From Gammaproteobacteria bacterium (lineage in GTDB: Bacteria > Pseudomonadota > Gammaproteobacteria > Eutrophobiales > Eutrophobiaceae): a stretch of DNA of 64,000 nucleotides. The DNA lies in assembly GCA_965243205.1 (NCBI GenBank), contig CBDEUK010000002.1, positions 1,536,001-1,600,000 on the forward strand, in the 5' to 3' direction. Shown here piece by piece: positions 17,591-27,949 of this stretch. Under the pieces are notes generated by a model. That model was not told the origin of the DNA. It made no database searches and saw only the letters and a list, made by a program, of their open reading frames with translations. The translations under genes and the position numbers were made by a program. Position 1 is the first letter of the stretch; every line of letters starts with the position of its first letter.

Positions 17591-19000
17591 CTATAAATTA
17601 TTCAATGTATCGCGCCCTAATTGAATCGCCTGCAACACTCGATTGGGCGCTGTTCCACCCACATGGTCACGGGCCGCAACCGAACCCTCTAAGCTCAATA
17701 CCGCAAACACATCCTCTTCTATGACCTCAGAAAACTGCTGAAGCTCCGTTAATGTCAGCTCGGATAAATCTTTTTGTTGCTCGATTGCATAATGAACCGC
17801 TTTACCAACTACTTCGTGAGCGTCACGAAATGTAACATCACGCCCAACCAAATAATCCGCTAAATCAGTCGCGGTACTATAACCATCAAACGCTGCTTTT
17901 CGCATGCGTTCACGATTTACTTTAATACCTGGCACCAAGCCTTTAAATGCGACTAAGCAATTTTGCACAGTATCAATCGCATCAAATAAGGCCTCTTTAT
18001 CTTCTTGATTATCACGGTTATAAGCTAAAGGCTGGCCTTTCATAATGGTTAATAAAGTCATTAAGTCACCATAGACACGGCCTGTTTTACCGCGGGTTAA
18101 TTCTGGAATATCGGGGTTTTTCTTTTGTGGCATGATCGAAGAGCCTGTGCAGTAAGCGTCGTCCAGATCAATAAATCCAAACTGCTGCGACATCCACAAG
18201 ATCAATTCTTCTGAGAAACGCGATAAATGCATCATGATTAATGATGCTGCAGAATTAAATTCGATCATAAAATCACGATCACTCACTGCATCCAATGAGT
18301 TTTGGCTTACACTATCAAAACCAAGTAAATCAGCAGTGAAATTTCTATCAATAGGATAGGTAGTACCGGCCAAAGCCGCTGAGCCTAATGGCAGAACATT
18401 CATACGTGCACGACAGTCTCTTAATCGTGTTGAATCACGCAATAACATATTAAACCAAGCCATCATATGATGACCGAAACTGATCGGCTGCGCCGTTTGT
18501 AAATGTGTAAAACCTGGCATTATGGTATTGACTTCGCTTTCAGCTAATTCCAAAACTGCCTGCATCAAATCACGCAACAATTCACGAGTAGTATCTATCT
18601 CATCTCGAAGGTATAAACGCACATCGGTCGCAACTTGATCATTACGAGAACGCCCAGTGTGTAGTTTTTTGCCAACATCGCCAATACGCTCAACCAAAGC
18701 AGATTCAATATTCATATGCACATCTTCAAGTGTGGTTTGCCATGTGAAATTATCAGCCTCAATGTCGGTTTCAATAGAGCTTAAGCCTTCTATAATTTGA
18801 GCTACTTCTTCCTCCATCAATACACCGACTTTACCCAACATCTTCACATGCGCAATCGAGCCCATGATGTCATAATGATAAAGACGGGAATCGTAAGAAA
18901 CCGATTCTGTGAACGTTTCTACAAATTCGTTGGTTGCTGCGGTAAAACGACCGCCCCAAAGTTTGGTTGTTGAAGATTTGTCGCTATGCTTATTAGTCAT
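17591..19000 (-). CDS. argH: argininosuccinate lyase
   Basis: Motifs [15 protein letters not shown] and [12 protein letters not shown]. Confidence 0.99.
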   Translation of the reverse strand: MTNKHSDKSSTTKLWGGRFTAATNEFVETFTESVSYDSRLYHYDIMGSIAHVKMLGKVGVLMEEEVAQIIEGLSSIETDIEADNFTWQTTLEDVHMNIESALVERIGDVGKKLHTGRSRNDQVATDVRLYLRDEIDTTRELLRDLMQAVLELAESEVNTIMPGFTHLQTAQPISFGHHMMAWFNMLLRDSTRLRDCRARMNVLPLGSAALAGTTYPIDRNFTADLLGFDSVSQNSLDAVSDRDFMIEFNSAASLIMMHLSRFSEELILWMSQQFGFIDLDDAYCTGSSIMPQKKNPDIPELTRGKTGRVYGDLMTLLTIMKGQPLAYNRDNQEDKEALFDAIDTVQNCLVAFKGLVPGIKVNRERMRKAAFDGYSTATDLADYLVGRDVTFRDAHEVVGKAVHYAIEQQKDLSELTLTELQQFSEVIEEDVFAVLSLEGSVAARDHVGGTAPNRVLQAIQLGRDTLNNL

Positions 19001-19087
19001 AATTTCTCGTTATAGGTCAGAATAATTGTCTACGCGAAGTATATCGCATGAAGAGATTAACGGATTTGCTTTTTCGACACTAGAAAA

Positions 19088-20125
19088 ATGAAAAATATTA
19101 TAAATACTACTGATTCTTTCCTACCTAATTTCTGCACAGCTAGAATGACCTTAATTGTCGTCATCATGGCGGAATTATTAGCCATCATCCTCGCCTTGTC
19201 AGATCCGAACCATGATAATGAATTAGTTTACCATTTAGCGCTTCAATCGCTATTTATTCAATTGATCGCCTTGAGCTGTGCTGCCAGCTTGTGTATCGGT
19301 CGTCGATTTTTAAATCAATTACCATCTCCAATGATCGCCCTAATCAGCTATGGTTTAATCTTACTTGTGTCATTTCTCATTATTGAACTCGTCTGGCACT
19401 TCATGCATAACGAGCCTTATCTTGAAGGCATGAAGCAATCACATATGATGTACAGCATTCGTTGTTTGACAATCGCCGCGATTACAGGAGCTTTAGTCTT
19501 ACGCTATCTTTACGTGCAACACCAATGGCGCAATCAAATCGAAGCCGAATCCAAGGCGCGAATCGAGGCTCTGCAGGCCAGAATTCGCCCCCATTTTTTA
19601 TTCAATTGCATGAATACCATTGCCTCTCTCACGCGTAAATCGCCCGAATTGGCGGAGGAATCCATCGAAAACCTCTCTGCTTTATTCCGTGCAAGCTTAC
19701 AAAAAACAGAACAACTGAGTACCCTAGAAAAAGAATTTGAATTATGTAAACAATATCTGAGTATAGAACAACACCGATTAGGCGATCGTTTACAATGTGA
19801 TTGGCAAGTGGATCCTTTACCATTAGATACACGAATACCAACATTGACCTTACAACCTTTAATTGAAAACGCAATTTATCATGGCATAGAGCCTTTAGCT
19901 TCTGGTGGAACCGTCACTATTCAAGGCCGGGAAGATGATAAACACTGGATTATTTCTATTCATAATCCAATCGATAAACGTTTAATCGCCAACCGAGAAG
20001 GCAATCGAATCGCTCAAGAAAACGTACGGCAACGATTAACGACTTATTACGATAATCCAAATTGTTTTCGTATTCTCGAAAGCGACGATGACTATCGAGT
20101 TGAAATAAGTATAGCTAAAGCATGA
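19088..20125 (+). CDS. algZ: AlgZ/FimS-like LytS-family sensor kinase
   Basis: Motifs FLPNFC, ALQARIRPHFLFN and LQPLIENAIYHGIEP; divergent from argH. Confidence 0.9.
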   Translation: MKNIINTTDSFLPNFCTARMTLIVVIMAELLAIILALSDPNHDNELVYHLALQSLFIQLIALSCAASLCIGRRFLNQLPSPMIALISYGLILLVSFLIIELVWHFMHNEPYLEGMKQSHMMYSIRCLTIAAITGALVLRYLYVQHQWRNQIEAESKARIEALQARIRPHFLFNCMNTIASLTRKSPELAEESIENLSALFRASLQKTEQLSTLEKEFELCKQYLSIEQHRLGDRLQCDWQVDPLPLDTRIPTLTLQPLIENAIYHGIEPLASGGTVTIQGREDDKHWIISIHNPIDKRLIANREGNRIAQENVRQRLTTYYDNPNCFRILESDDDYRVEISIAKA

Positions 20126-20850
20126 AATTATTAATTGTTGATGATGAACATTTAGCGCGCGATCGTTTAATTGATATGCTCAAAGACATCAATGCCAGCT
20201 ATGAATTACATGAAGCAACGAATGGTGCAGAGGCAATTGAAACCCAAAGCCATATTCAAGCAGATGTAATTTTATTGGATATACGAATGCCTGTAATGGA
20301 TGGACTAGAAGCCTCAATGCATTTGAATAAACTCGATCCTTCACCCATGATTGTGTTCACAACCGCTTATGGCGATCATGCATTAGATGCTTTTGAAAGC
20401 AACGCAATTGATTATCTTCTAAAGCCTATCAAGCAAGAACGATTAAAAGCAGCTTTAGATAAGTGTGTCACTATGCGACAAGGGCGAAACTTTAATGATG
20501 ACATTGCTCAGCTTTCTTCTCAACGTACACACTTAAGCGCTAAAACACCTCTCGGTTTAAAAATCATCCCTGTACACGACATCCTTTATTTCAAAGCTGA
20601 TCAAAAATACGTGAGTGGATTTTATGATGGAGGAGAATTAGTACTTGATGAAACTCTAAAATCTTTAGAAAAAGAGTTTGTAAGTATATTTATTCGTACA
20701 CATCGTAATACTTTAGTTTCGATCGAAGCCATTAAATCATTAGATAGAGATGAAGAAGGTAATGCCATTATCACTCTCAAACAAAGCAATGATATGTTAC
20801 CCGTGAGTCGCCGTCATTTAAGTACTGTAAAAGCATTAATGAAGTCGTAA
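20122..20850 (+). CDS. algR: AlgR-like LytTR response regulator
   Basis: REC plus LytTR domain (YFKADQKYV, FIRTHRNTLV, VSRRH). Confidence 0.9.
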   Translation: MKLLIVDDEHLARDRLIDMLKDINASYELHEATNGAEAIETQSHIQADVILLDIRMPVMDGLEASMHLNKLDPSPMIVFTTAYGDHALDAFESNAIDYLLKPIKQERLKAALDKCVTMRQGRNFNDDIAQLSSQRTHLSAKTPLGLKIIPVHDILYFKADQKYVSGFYDGGELVLDETLKSLEKEFVSIFIRTHRNTLVSIEAIKSLDRDEEGNAIITLKQSNDMLPVSRRHLSTVKALMKS

Positions 20851-20857
20851 ATCACTG

Positions 20858-21316
20858 TTACGTCGACATGATGTTTACTGAACAACGTCGATAAGTTTCT
20901 TCTTTTATGATTTCCCAGCCTAGTTTTTTGTAAAAATCCTCTTGATCAGTAGTAAATAAATACAATTTATCAAAATTATATAAACTAGCCTGATTCATTA
21001 CATATTTTACCAATCGGGAACCAACTCGCTGATGACGATATTTCTTAGATACATAGACACTTGCCAACCAAGGCGTCATTTCTGGATGAGTATCCATATC
21101 ATTCTCGATAATAGAAGCAGAGCCAATTAACTCATGATCTGTTTTCGCAATGAACGTACTGGGTATAAATGTCTCCTCCAAATAACTTTGCATTTTTTGT
21201 TCACGAGATTTTAGGCTAGATTTTGGATTAAGATATGACCACTCAGCATGATGCCATTTAGCTAGCTGACTTAAATGTTGTGGGTATTTTTTTAAATCGA
21301 ATATATCTATTCGCAT
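20858..21316 (-). CDS. GNAT family N-acetyltransferase
   Basis: Motif A PWLASVYVSKKYRHQRVGSRL and FYKKLGW. Confidence 0.9.
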   Translation of the reverse strand: MRIDIFDLKKYPQHLSQLAKWHHAEWSYLNPKSSLKSREQKMQSYLEETFIPSTFIAKTDHELIGSASIIENDMDTHPEMTPWLASVYVSKKYRHQRVGSRLVKYVMNQASLYNFDKLYLFTTDQEDFYKKLGWEIIKEETYRRCSVNIMST

Positions 21317-21337
21317 ATTTCACATGCAAATTATGTT

Positions 21338-22621
21338 TTATGCCATCTCATGACTAGCGGCTAATAACGCCAATCGCGCTATCACTCCATAAGTATAAAA
21401 TCGATTTGGGTGTGCATCAGGATCAAGTTCTTTATCTGGTGAGATACAAGAATCAGCAAACGCTAAACGCTCAAACCGCATACCAGGTGAATTTAAATTT
21501 TCATTGGCTCCTTTTTTTGAATGTACACGATAAAAACCACCGACTACATTATGATCAACCATATAAACAACAGGCTCTGCCGAACTCTCTTCATCATCCC
21601 ATTTTTCATGGGTATAAACTCCTTCTTGTATGATCACTTGAGTTATCTTTTGACCTTCTTTAGTAGTTGACATTTTGTTACGTTGTTTCCGATTTAACTC
21701 CAATACATCGTCAGGACTTTTAACCGTCATAACACCCATACCATAAGTACCTGCATCGGCCTTAACCATTACGAAAGGATCACATGACACAGAATATTCT
21801 TGGTATTTTTTTTTAATCGAAGTTAATAATGTCTCAACATTTTTTACCAAACAGTTTGTACCTTCTTGTTTAACAAAATCGATTTCGCCACAATTACGAA
21901 ACATCGGGTCTATTAACCAAGGATCGATATCAATTATTTCGGTAAACTCTTTTGCAATGGCTTGGTAATGTTTGAAATGAATCGACTTTAAACGTGTTGA
22001 CCAACCCATATCCAAACTGGGTGTAATTGACTGTTCAATGTCCTTAAGAATGTCAGGCTTGCCACCCGATAAATCGTTATTTAACACAACTAGGCAAGGG
22101 TCGAATTTTTCTAATAGAACTCGATTACCAGTTCGTTGTAAAGGTTCTAATAAAACTGAAGCACCTGAAGGTAATTCAATCGTTTGTGGTTCAGTAATGT
22201 CTTCAGAGATAGAACCAATGCGCACTTCATAGCCCGCTTTTTCAATAATGTTACGTATTGAATTTAAACTTTCTAAATAAAATAAATTACGTGTATGGTT
22301 TTCTGGTATTAAAAGTACGCGATCAATTTCGGGGTTAATCCGTTCAATCGCCATTTGCATTGACTGTATACATAATGGTTCGAATGCAGAGTTTAAATTA
22401 TTAAAACCTGCAGGGAATAAATTCGTATCGACGGGAGCAATTTTATAACCCGCATTACGTAAATCGACTGAAGCATAAAATGGCACGGTAACCTGCCGCC
22501 ATTGATTACGAAACCATGACTCAATGATATGTTGTTTATCAAGAATATGGCTTTCTATCTCTTTTAAAGGCCCATTTAAAGCGGTCGTTAAATGCGGAAC
22601 AGCGGACAATTGTGCGTTCAT
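21338..22621 (-). CDS. gshA: glutamate--cysteine ligase (ATP-grasp GshA type found in beta/gamma-proteobacteria)
   Basis: Motifs VPHLTTALNGPL, APVDTNLFPAGFNNL, KADAGTYGMG and PNRFYTYGVIARLA. Confidence 0.93.
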   Translation of the reverse strand: MNAQLSAVPHLTTALNGPLKEIESHILDKQHIIESWFRNQWRQVTVPFYASVDLRNAGYKIAPVDTNLFPAGFNNLNSAFEPLCIQSMQMAIERINPEIDRVLLIPENHTRNLFYLESLNSIRNIIEKAGYEVRIGSISEDITEPQTIELPSGASVLLEPLQRTGNRVLLEKFDPCLVVLNNDLSGGKPDILKDIEQSITPSLDMGWSTRLKSIHFKHYQAIAKEFTEIIDIDPWLIDPMFRNCGEIDFVKQEGTNCLVKNVETLLTSIKKKYQEYSVSCDPFVMVKADAGTYGMGVMTVKSPDDVLELNRKQRNKMSTTKEGQKITQVIIQEGVYTHEKWDDEESSAEPVVYMVDHNVVGGFYRVHSKKGANENLNSPGMRFERLAFADSCISPDKELDPDAHPNRFYTYGVIARLALLAASHEMA

Positions 22622-22696
22622 AAATATGATCCCAATATTGATAAGGGCTAAGAGCCATATTGTACTGTTGAGTTCATAACAACAGTATTATTTTTT

Positions 22697-23434
22697 TTAA
22701 GATAAATCACCCCAAAGTGACTGTAAAACACCCATTGCTACCAATGCGGCGGTTTCTGTTCGAAACACTCTAGGGCCCAATTTAATTGATTGATAGCCAT
22801 GAGAGATGGCCGATTCAATTTCATCATGACTCAAACCTCCCTCACTGCCAATCAACAATGTAACTGAATCAGATGGTTTGTTTAATTCATTAACCGACTG
22901 ACTAGATGAGGGCGCAAGAACAATTTTCAAGTCCGATAATTCCATTTCTAACCAATCTTCTAACAACATTGGTTCCAATAATTGTGGGATTTTGCAACGA
23001 CCCGATTGCTCAGTTGCAGATACAATGACTTTGTTCCAATGTTTTAATTTACTTTCTACTTTATCGGTTTTAATTTTGATACTAGAACGTTGGTTAATAA
23101 TAGGCACTATTCTGTGCACTCCCAGTTCTACAGCTTTTTGCAAAGTAAAATCCATTTTTTGTCCTTTACTCAAACCTTGAGCCAAGGTTATTTTTAGCGG
23201 ACTTTCTGTTTTAGAATCTTCGCTAGATATAATTTTGACTTGTGCTAGTTTCTTTGAAATTGATTCAACTGTTGCTGTATATTGATATCCATATCCATTA
23301 AACAATTGGATTTGATCTCCTATACCTTTACGCAGTACAGTAAGTAAATGATGAGAAACCTCCGAAGGCAACATCACTAATTCGCCTTCCCTTAAAGGTA
23401 TTTCCACATAAAATCGAGATATTCTTTTTGACAT
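22697..23434 (-). CDS. rsmE: 16S rRNA m3U1498 methyltransferase
   Basis: Motifs HLLTVLR, QKAVELGV, EQSGR, IGSEGG and LGPRVFRTETA. Confidence 0.97.
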   Translation of the reverse strand: MSKRISRFYVEIPLREGELVMLPSEVSHHLLTVLRKGIGDQIQLFNGYGYQYTATVESISKKLAQVKIISSEDSKTESPLKITLAQGLSKGQKMDFTLQKAVELGVHRIVPIINQRSSIKIKTDKVESKLKHWNKVIVSATEQSGRCKIPQLLEPMLLEDWLEMELSDLKIVLAPSSSQSVNELNKPSDSVTLLIGSEGGLSHDEIESAISHGYQSIKLGPRVFRTETAALVAMGVLQSLWGDLS

Positions 23435-23504
23435 TTTAATTATCAGAACGGAATTTTTTTATACGTTAACAAGTCTGACTCTAAAAACAACCACCTGTAA
23501 TACT

Positions 23505-23825
23505 TTGAGCATAATTAACGCAAAATTCGCCCCCGGCCAAATCATCTATCATCGATTATTCGACTATCGAGGTGTGATCATTGGCGTCGACGCCAACTTT
23601 GAAGGTGAAGACGAATGGTATGAACAAATGGCCAAGAGCAAACCGGCTAAAGATCGTCCCTGGTATCATGTCTTGGTCGATCAAGCTTCTCATCAAACCT
23701 ACGTTGCTGAACAAAACTTAGAATTGGAAATAGAAAATCATAGCCCTATCCAACACCCACTGATCGATGAATTATTTTATGAATTGGATAATGGTATATA
23801 TAAAAGCCGCGCAATTGCTCATTAA
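23505..23825 (+). CDS. hspQ: heat shock protein HspQ (YccV-like)
   Basis: Motifs KFAPGQIIYHRLFDYRGVI, PWYHVLV and TYVAEQNL; TTG start. Confidence 0.9.
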   Translation: MSIINAKFAPGQIIYHRLFDYRGVIIGVDANFEGEDEWYEQMAKSKPAKDRPWYHVLVDQASHQTYVAEQNLELEIENHSPIQHPLIDELFYELDNGIYKSRAIAH

Positions 23826-23830
23826 CACTA

Positions 23831-24280
23831 ATGCTCAATAAATTAATTCAACTCTTATCTGATAATTCGGATAACCAAGCATCCGATATAGATAGAGAGA
23901 AGCTCATCCAACTTTCAACAGCAGCATTATTAGTTGAAATCAGCCTAGCGGATTCTGAGATCGGAAACGAAGAAATTGATACTATGATGTCAATCATTGA
24001 ATCGGAGTTTGATTTTTCCAGCGAAGAAGCCAGCCAATTATTAAACGAAGCAAAAAACCGTGTAGAGAACTCTGTTTCATTGTATGAGTTTACAAACTTA
24101 CTGAAAGACGAACTATCGCTTACCGAGCGTAGTAACATCATCGAGCAACTATGGAAAGTGGCTTATGCAGATGCGGTTTTAGATAAATATGAAGAGTATT
24201 ATGTAAGAAAAATAGCAGATTTGCTTTATGTACCGCAAACCAACTACATCAAAGCAAAATTATCTGCTCTAAACGATTAA
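23831..24280 (+). CDS. TerB-family protein
   Basis: Motifs AALLVEISLAD and LWKVAYADAVLDKYEEYYVRKIADLL. Confidence 0.88.
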   Translation: MLNKLIQLLSDNSDNQASDIDREKLIQLSTAALLVEISLADSEIGNEEIDTMMSIIESEFDFSSEEASQLLNEAKNRVENSVSLYEFTNLLKDELSLTERSNIIEQLWKVAYADAVLDKYEEYYVRKIADLLYVPQTNYIKAKLSALND

Positions 24281-24284
24281 AAAT

Positions 24285-24719
24285 TTAACTCAGCATTGTT
24301 TGAATTAATTGGTCTTCTAACTCAATACGAGTTGTCATATGTTCACCAAGTAACGATAAGTCTGCTTGAAACTCAGAAGATGAAATATCCACATTATTTT
24401 TCTCGTATTTTTCATTGAAAGCTAGAGCTACTTCCGTTGTTTTAGCAATAGGAGGATAAATTTCTGCTGCTAACCCCGAAACTGCTTTGCGTCGTTCTTG
24501 GCCTTCAGCAATTCTCGCATATAAGCCAAAATGTCCTGCAGCGATATAATCGACTAAGACCTGACAAAAATCCTCAAATAACTCTTTTTTCATTTCCGCG
24601 GAATCATCTTCTTCCGCTTTTGGAAGTTGAAACAATAGCGAAAGTAATTGCTTTCGCTCTTTAAGCATATTATCAATTAATTTATTACTTCTTCGTTCTT
24701 TTACTGAGTGTTCACTCAT
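24285..24719 (-). CDS. rsd: Rsd/AlgQ anti-sigma70 factor
   Basis: Motifs FCQVLVDYIAAGHFGLY, FNEKY and RIELEDQLI; start chosen after a GGAGAGG RBS. Confidence 0.92.
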   Translation of the reverse strand: MSEHSVKERRSNKLIDNMLKERKQLLSLLFQLPKAEEDDSAEMKKELFEDFCQVLVDYIAAGHFGLYARIAEGQERRKAVSGLAAEIYPPIAKTTEVALAFNEKYEKNNVDISSSEFQADLSLLGEHMTTRIELEDQLIQTMLS

Positions 24720-25067
24720 TTTTATAACCTCTCCATCACTTGCACCCATAGTAAACAGTCTCCTATTGTCCTGACAAGCATTAATAATTTATGTGTTTTA
24801 GCCACAATCTCTATTCAAGAATCATGCTAGAATTTAATCAGCTGCACTATTGGTTGTTAAGCATTAAAACTACTGATATTGTGCTTTAATAAATGGCTGT
24901 AAACTAAGCAAAGCAAATAAGAAATCTTCGTAGTGAATTGAATGTTACAAATTCCATCTGACAGCACTTTTCGTTTATAATACCGATAATTTGCAATAAT
25001 AATCAAACACTTCTGATTTTTTATTAAACTAAAGTTAAAATTAAGGAATATGGCCTAAGTAATAAAT

Positions 25068-26519
25068 ATGATAATTCCGGGTTATCAAATTCAGAAAAAA
25101 ATTGGCCAAGGCGGAATGGCCACAGTCTATCTTGCGATTCAAGAATCTCTGGATCGTCCAGTCGTCCTAAAAATCCTTGATGCTGAGCGAATTGAATCTG
25201 AACAATGGACTGAACGTTTTTTGTCAGAAGGCCGTTTAGTTGCCTCACTTCGACATCCAAATATTATTACTATCTATGATATAGGTCTTGCTGAAGAACA
25301 ACTCTATATTTCGATGGAATACATCGAAGGCGGTGATTTAAAAAAACGCATGAAAACCCCAATTTTGCCTAGCCAATGTTTGGACTATTTAATCAAAGTT
25401 GGATCCGCACTCGATACTGCACATGCTCATGGTATTGTTCATCGCGATGTAAAACCTGCAAATATTCTCTTCAAAGACGATGAAACGCCTCTACTCACAG
25501 ACTTTGGTATTGCCAAACAAATTGATGGCGACTTAGATTTAACCTCAACCGGGATATTTCTAGGTAGTCCTAACTATGTCAGCCCAGAGCAAGCGGATGG
25601 CCTTGCTGTCGATGGTCGCTCCGATATATATAGTTTGGGGTGTATCTTTTACGAAATGCTCACTGGTGATAAACCTTTCCCGTCCGACTCTGTGATCGAA
25701 ATCGTTATCAAACATAAACAAGCGCCAATTCCTGATTTGCCCCATGAATACCGTGCATTTCAACCACTGCTTGATCGTATGATGGCGAAAAAGTGCGAAG
25801 ATCGTTTTCGTAACTGCCAGATTATGATTGAGTATATCCAGGAAATGCGTGATCGGATCACTACAAATAATCAAATCAAACCGGTATCCGAATTTGATGC
25901 AACTGTAGCAGAACGAATATCAGAACCCATTGAAACGGTTGCGGAACCAAAGAAAAATCTTAATCCAATTCTGATGGTCCTATTAATTATTGCGTTTTCT
26001 ATCAACATTATTCTGCATTTTGTTGAGAAAAGCATTTCTATGGGTGACTACAAGCCTAAGATAGCAACTCAATCGAACATCCCGATAAACCAAACTGATT
26101 TAAAAGCCCAATCAGGTGTAGATACTTTATCAGGTAATAACTCACCTGGGCTTGCAGCAGAATCCGCTTCACCCGCAGTTCGCAGCGCTCTTATGTGGTT
26201 AGGAAAACAAAGCTTAGAAGAATTTAAGCTAACTTACCCTGCAAAGGATAATGCCTATTATTATTTCTCAAAATTGTTGGATATAGAACCTGAAAATCAA
26301 GAAGCAAAGAATGGAATCATTATGATTGCAGAACGCTATGCAATCCTTGCTGAAAAGGCAATCGCTGATAACGACTATCAAAAGTCTGCGGCTTATATCA
26401 ACATTGGTTTACAAATCGATCCAAACAATGCCAGCTTGCATTCTGTTCGGTCATTTATGCAGGAATTGGATCAACCTTCGGCCTGGGATGCCATCAAAGG
26501 TATTTTCACCAAACAATAA
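25068..26519 (+). CDS. Hanks-type Ser/Thr protein kinase with TM helix and extracytoplasmic TPR-like domain
   Basis: Motifs GQGGMATVY, HRDVKPANIL, DFGIAK and GSPNYVSPEQ; TM at about aa 300-320; C-terminal LTYPAKDNAYYYF helical repeat. Confidence 0.93.
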   Translation: MIIPGYQIQKKIGQGGMATVYLAIQESLDRPVVLKILDAERIESEQWTERFLSEGRLVASLRHPNIITIYDIGLAEEQLYISMEYIEGGDLKKRMKTPILPSQCLDYLIKVGSALDTAHAHGIVHRDVKPANILFKDDETPLLTDFGIAKQIDGDLDLTSTGIFLGSPNYVSPEQADGLAVDGRSDIYSLGCIFYEMLTGDKPFPSDSVIEIVIKHKQAPIPDLPHEYRAFQPLLDRMMAKKCEDRFRNCQIMIEYIQEMRDRITTNNQIKPVSEFDATVAERISEPIETVAEPKKNLNPILMVLLIIAFSINIILHFVEKSISMGDYKPKIATQSNIPINQTDLKAQSGVDTLSGNNSPGLAAESASPAVRSALMWLGKQSLEEFKLTYPAKDNAYYYFSKLLDIEPENQEAKNGIIMIAERYAILAEKAIADNDYQKSAAYINIGLQIDPNNASLHSVRSFMQELDQPSAWDAIKGIFTKQ

Positions 26520-26529
26520 ATACAAAAAA

Positions 26530-27048
26530 CTATTGATTGATAATTTCTTTCGCTTTATCTCGTTGAGTTTGTTCCCATTCACCGATTAATTGCTTCATAT
26601 CATCGATTGTTAAACCAGATAAATCTTCAGCTGTAATGGTTTCTGGTTCCTCTTCCTCCGGCTCAACTTCTGCAAGTTTCTCTTCAACTTCCTCAAGTTC
26701 TTCTTCTAACTCATCAAGTTCACTTTTACGAGGTTTCGTCTTTTCCTGTTTAGACAATACCGATTTTGCCTTCTCACGGATACTTTCTTCATTGGCTATA
26801 TTCAAAGAACTGTCACGTAATCTCTCTCTCTGCTCTTCGGAAACTCGAATACCGGTATCATCAACCAATTGGCCTGATTCAAATACAAAAATCCTGGGGC
26901 CTCTATCTCCCGTTCTGTACCAAGCAGGCGGCTTACCTGATAATTGAGTCGTACCAGTTTCAGAATCGGTCCATTGGTACATTCTAGCTTCAGCCGATAT
27001 TCCAAATACCGTCAGAAACAGAATGAAAATACGCAAAGAGTTGATCAT
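26530..27048 (-). CDS. secreted DUF4124-like protein with acidic coiled-coil tail
   Basis: Signal peptide followed by MYQWTDSETGTTQLSGKPP. Confidence 0.7.
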   Translation of the reverse strand: MINSLRIFILFLTVFGISAEARMYQWTDSETGTTQLSGKPPAWYRTGDRGPRIFVFESGQLVDDTGIRVSEEQRERLRDSSLNIANEESIREKAKSVLSKQEKTKPRKSELDELEEELEEVEEKLAEVEPEEEEPETITAEDLSGLTIDDMKQLIGEWEQTQRDKAKEIINQ

Positions 27049-27145
27049 CGATTTTCCTAAATCTTTCTATTATCAGTTTATTATAGCACTGTGTTAGACC
27101 AGATACTCAAACAAGTCGATAATGCCTCTGTAATTAAATTTACTG

Positions 27146-27862
27146 TTAGGCTTCAATACACCTTAAATAAGCCTGTTCTAGCTCATCTACACCGTACTTC
27201 TTGCAGCACTCATCGGGGGTCCCAATAAATTTCAGCCTAGCATTATGTAATATCGCCATACGATCACATAAGGACTGAACATCCGCCAATAAATGGGTGC
27301 TAAAAAATAGTGTCTGACCCTGCTGCTTTAAATCCAGTAGGTATTGCTTCAGATACGCTCTAGCTTTAGGGTCTAAACCGCTCATCGGCTCATCTAAAAT
27401 CAAACATTTTCGCTTGCTGAGTAAACTCGCGGCTAAACCCAATTTCTGTGCCATACCTTTGGATAATTGACCCACGGTTTTATCGAGTGCTCCAGGTGTT
27501 AAATCTAACGTATTAAGCATTTCTATAACTGACGATTCTTCGTATTCCAAACCATAAAGCTTTAGCATATAACGAATAAACTCACGGCCAGTTAAATAAT
27601 AGGATGGAAGAAATTTTTCAGGTAAGTAACTCACATTTACCCGGGATGAAGTATTACTGTGTTCAACACCAAAAATATTAATCTCACCACTTTCAAATAA
27701 CACAAAATCTAATAAACATTTAATTAATGATGTTTTACCCGCACCATTAATTCCGACTAAGCCTAAGTATTCACCTTCAAAAACATTTAGATCGATTCCA
27801 TCCAGAACCAATTGCTTTTGGTAACTTTTTTTAACTTGTTTAAATTCTAAAGCAGTGTTCAT
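27146..27862 (-). CDS. ABC transporter ATP-binding protein (PilH/XapD-like)
   Basis: Walker A GINGAGKTS, signature LSKGMAQK, Walker B LILDEPMSGLDP, H-loop STH; immediately downstream of the pilin gene. Confidence 0.93.
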   Translation of the reverse strand: MNTALEFKQVKKSYQKQLVLDGIDLNVFEGEYLGLVGINGAGKTSLIKCLLDFVLFESGEINIFGVEHSNTSSRVNVSYLPEKFLPSYYLTGREFIRYMLKLYGLEYEESSVIEMLNTLDLTPGALDKTVGQLSKGMAQKLGLAASLLSKRKCLILDEPMSGLDPKARAYLKQYLLDLKQQGQTLFFSTHLLADVQSLCDRMAILHNARLKFIGTPDECCKKYGVDELEQAYLRCIEA

Positions 27863-27898
27863 AAATTTAAGTTTATATTAAAAATAGTTTTGTAAAAT

Positions 27899-27925
27899 AT
27901 AAAAAAGCCCGCTTAACGCGGGCTT
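27899..27925 (-). terminator. rho-independent terminator after the major pilin gene
   Basis: Minus strand reads AAGCCCGC-GTTAA-GCGGGCTT followed by a T-tract. Confidence 0.85.
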
Positions 27926-27949
27926 GTTGTATTAATTAATTGGTAAAGA

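Noticed and set aside
26636-26947. Ser-rich 103-aa ORF
   Set aside because: It is the antisense reading of Glu (GAA) codon runs in the DUF4124-like gene.
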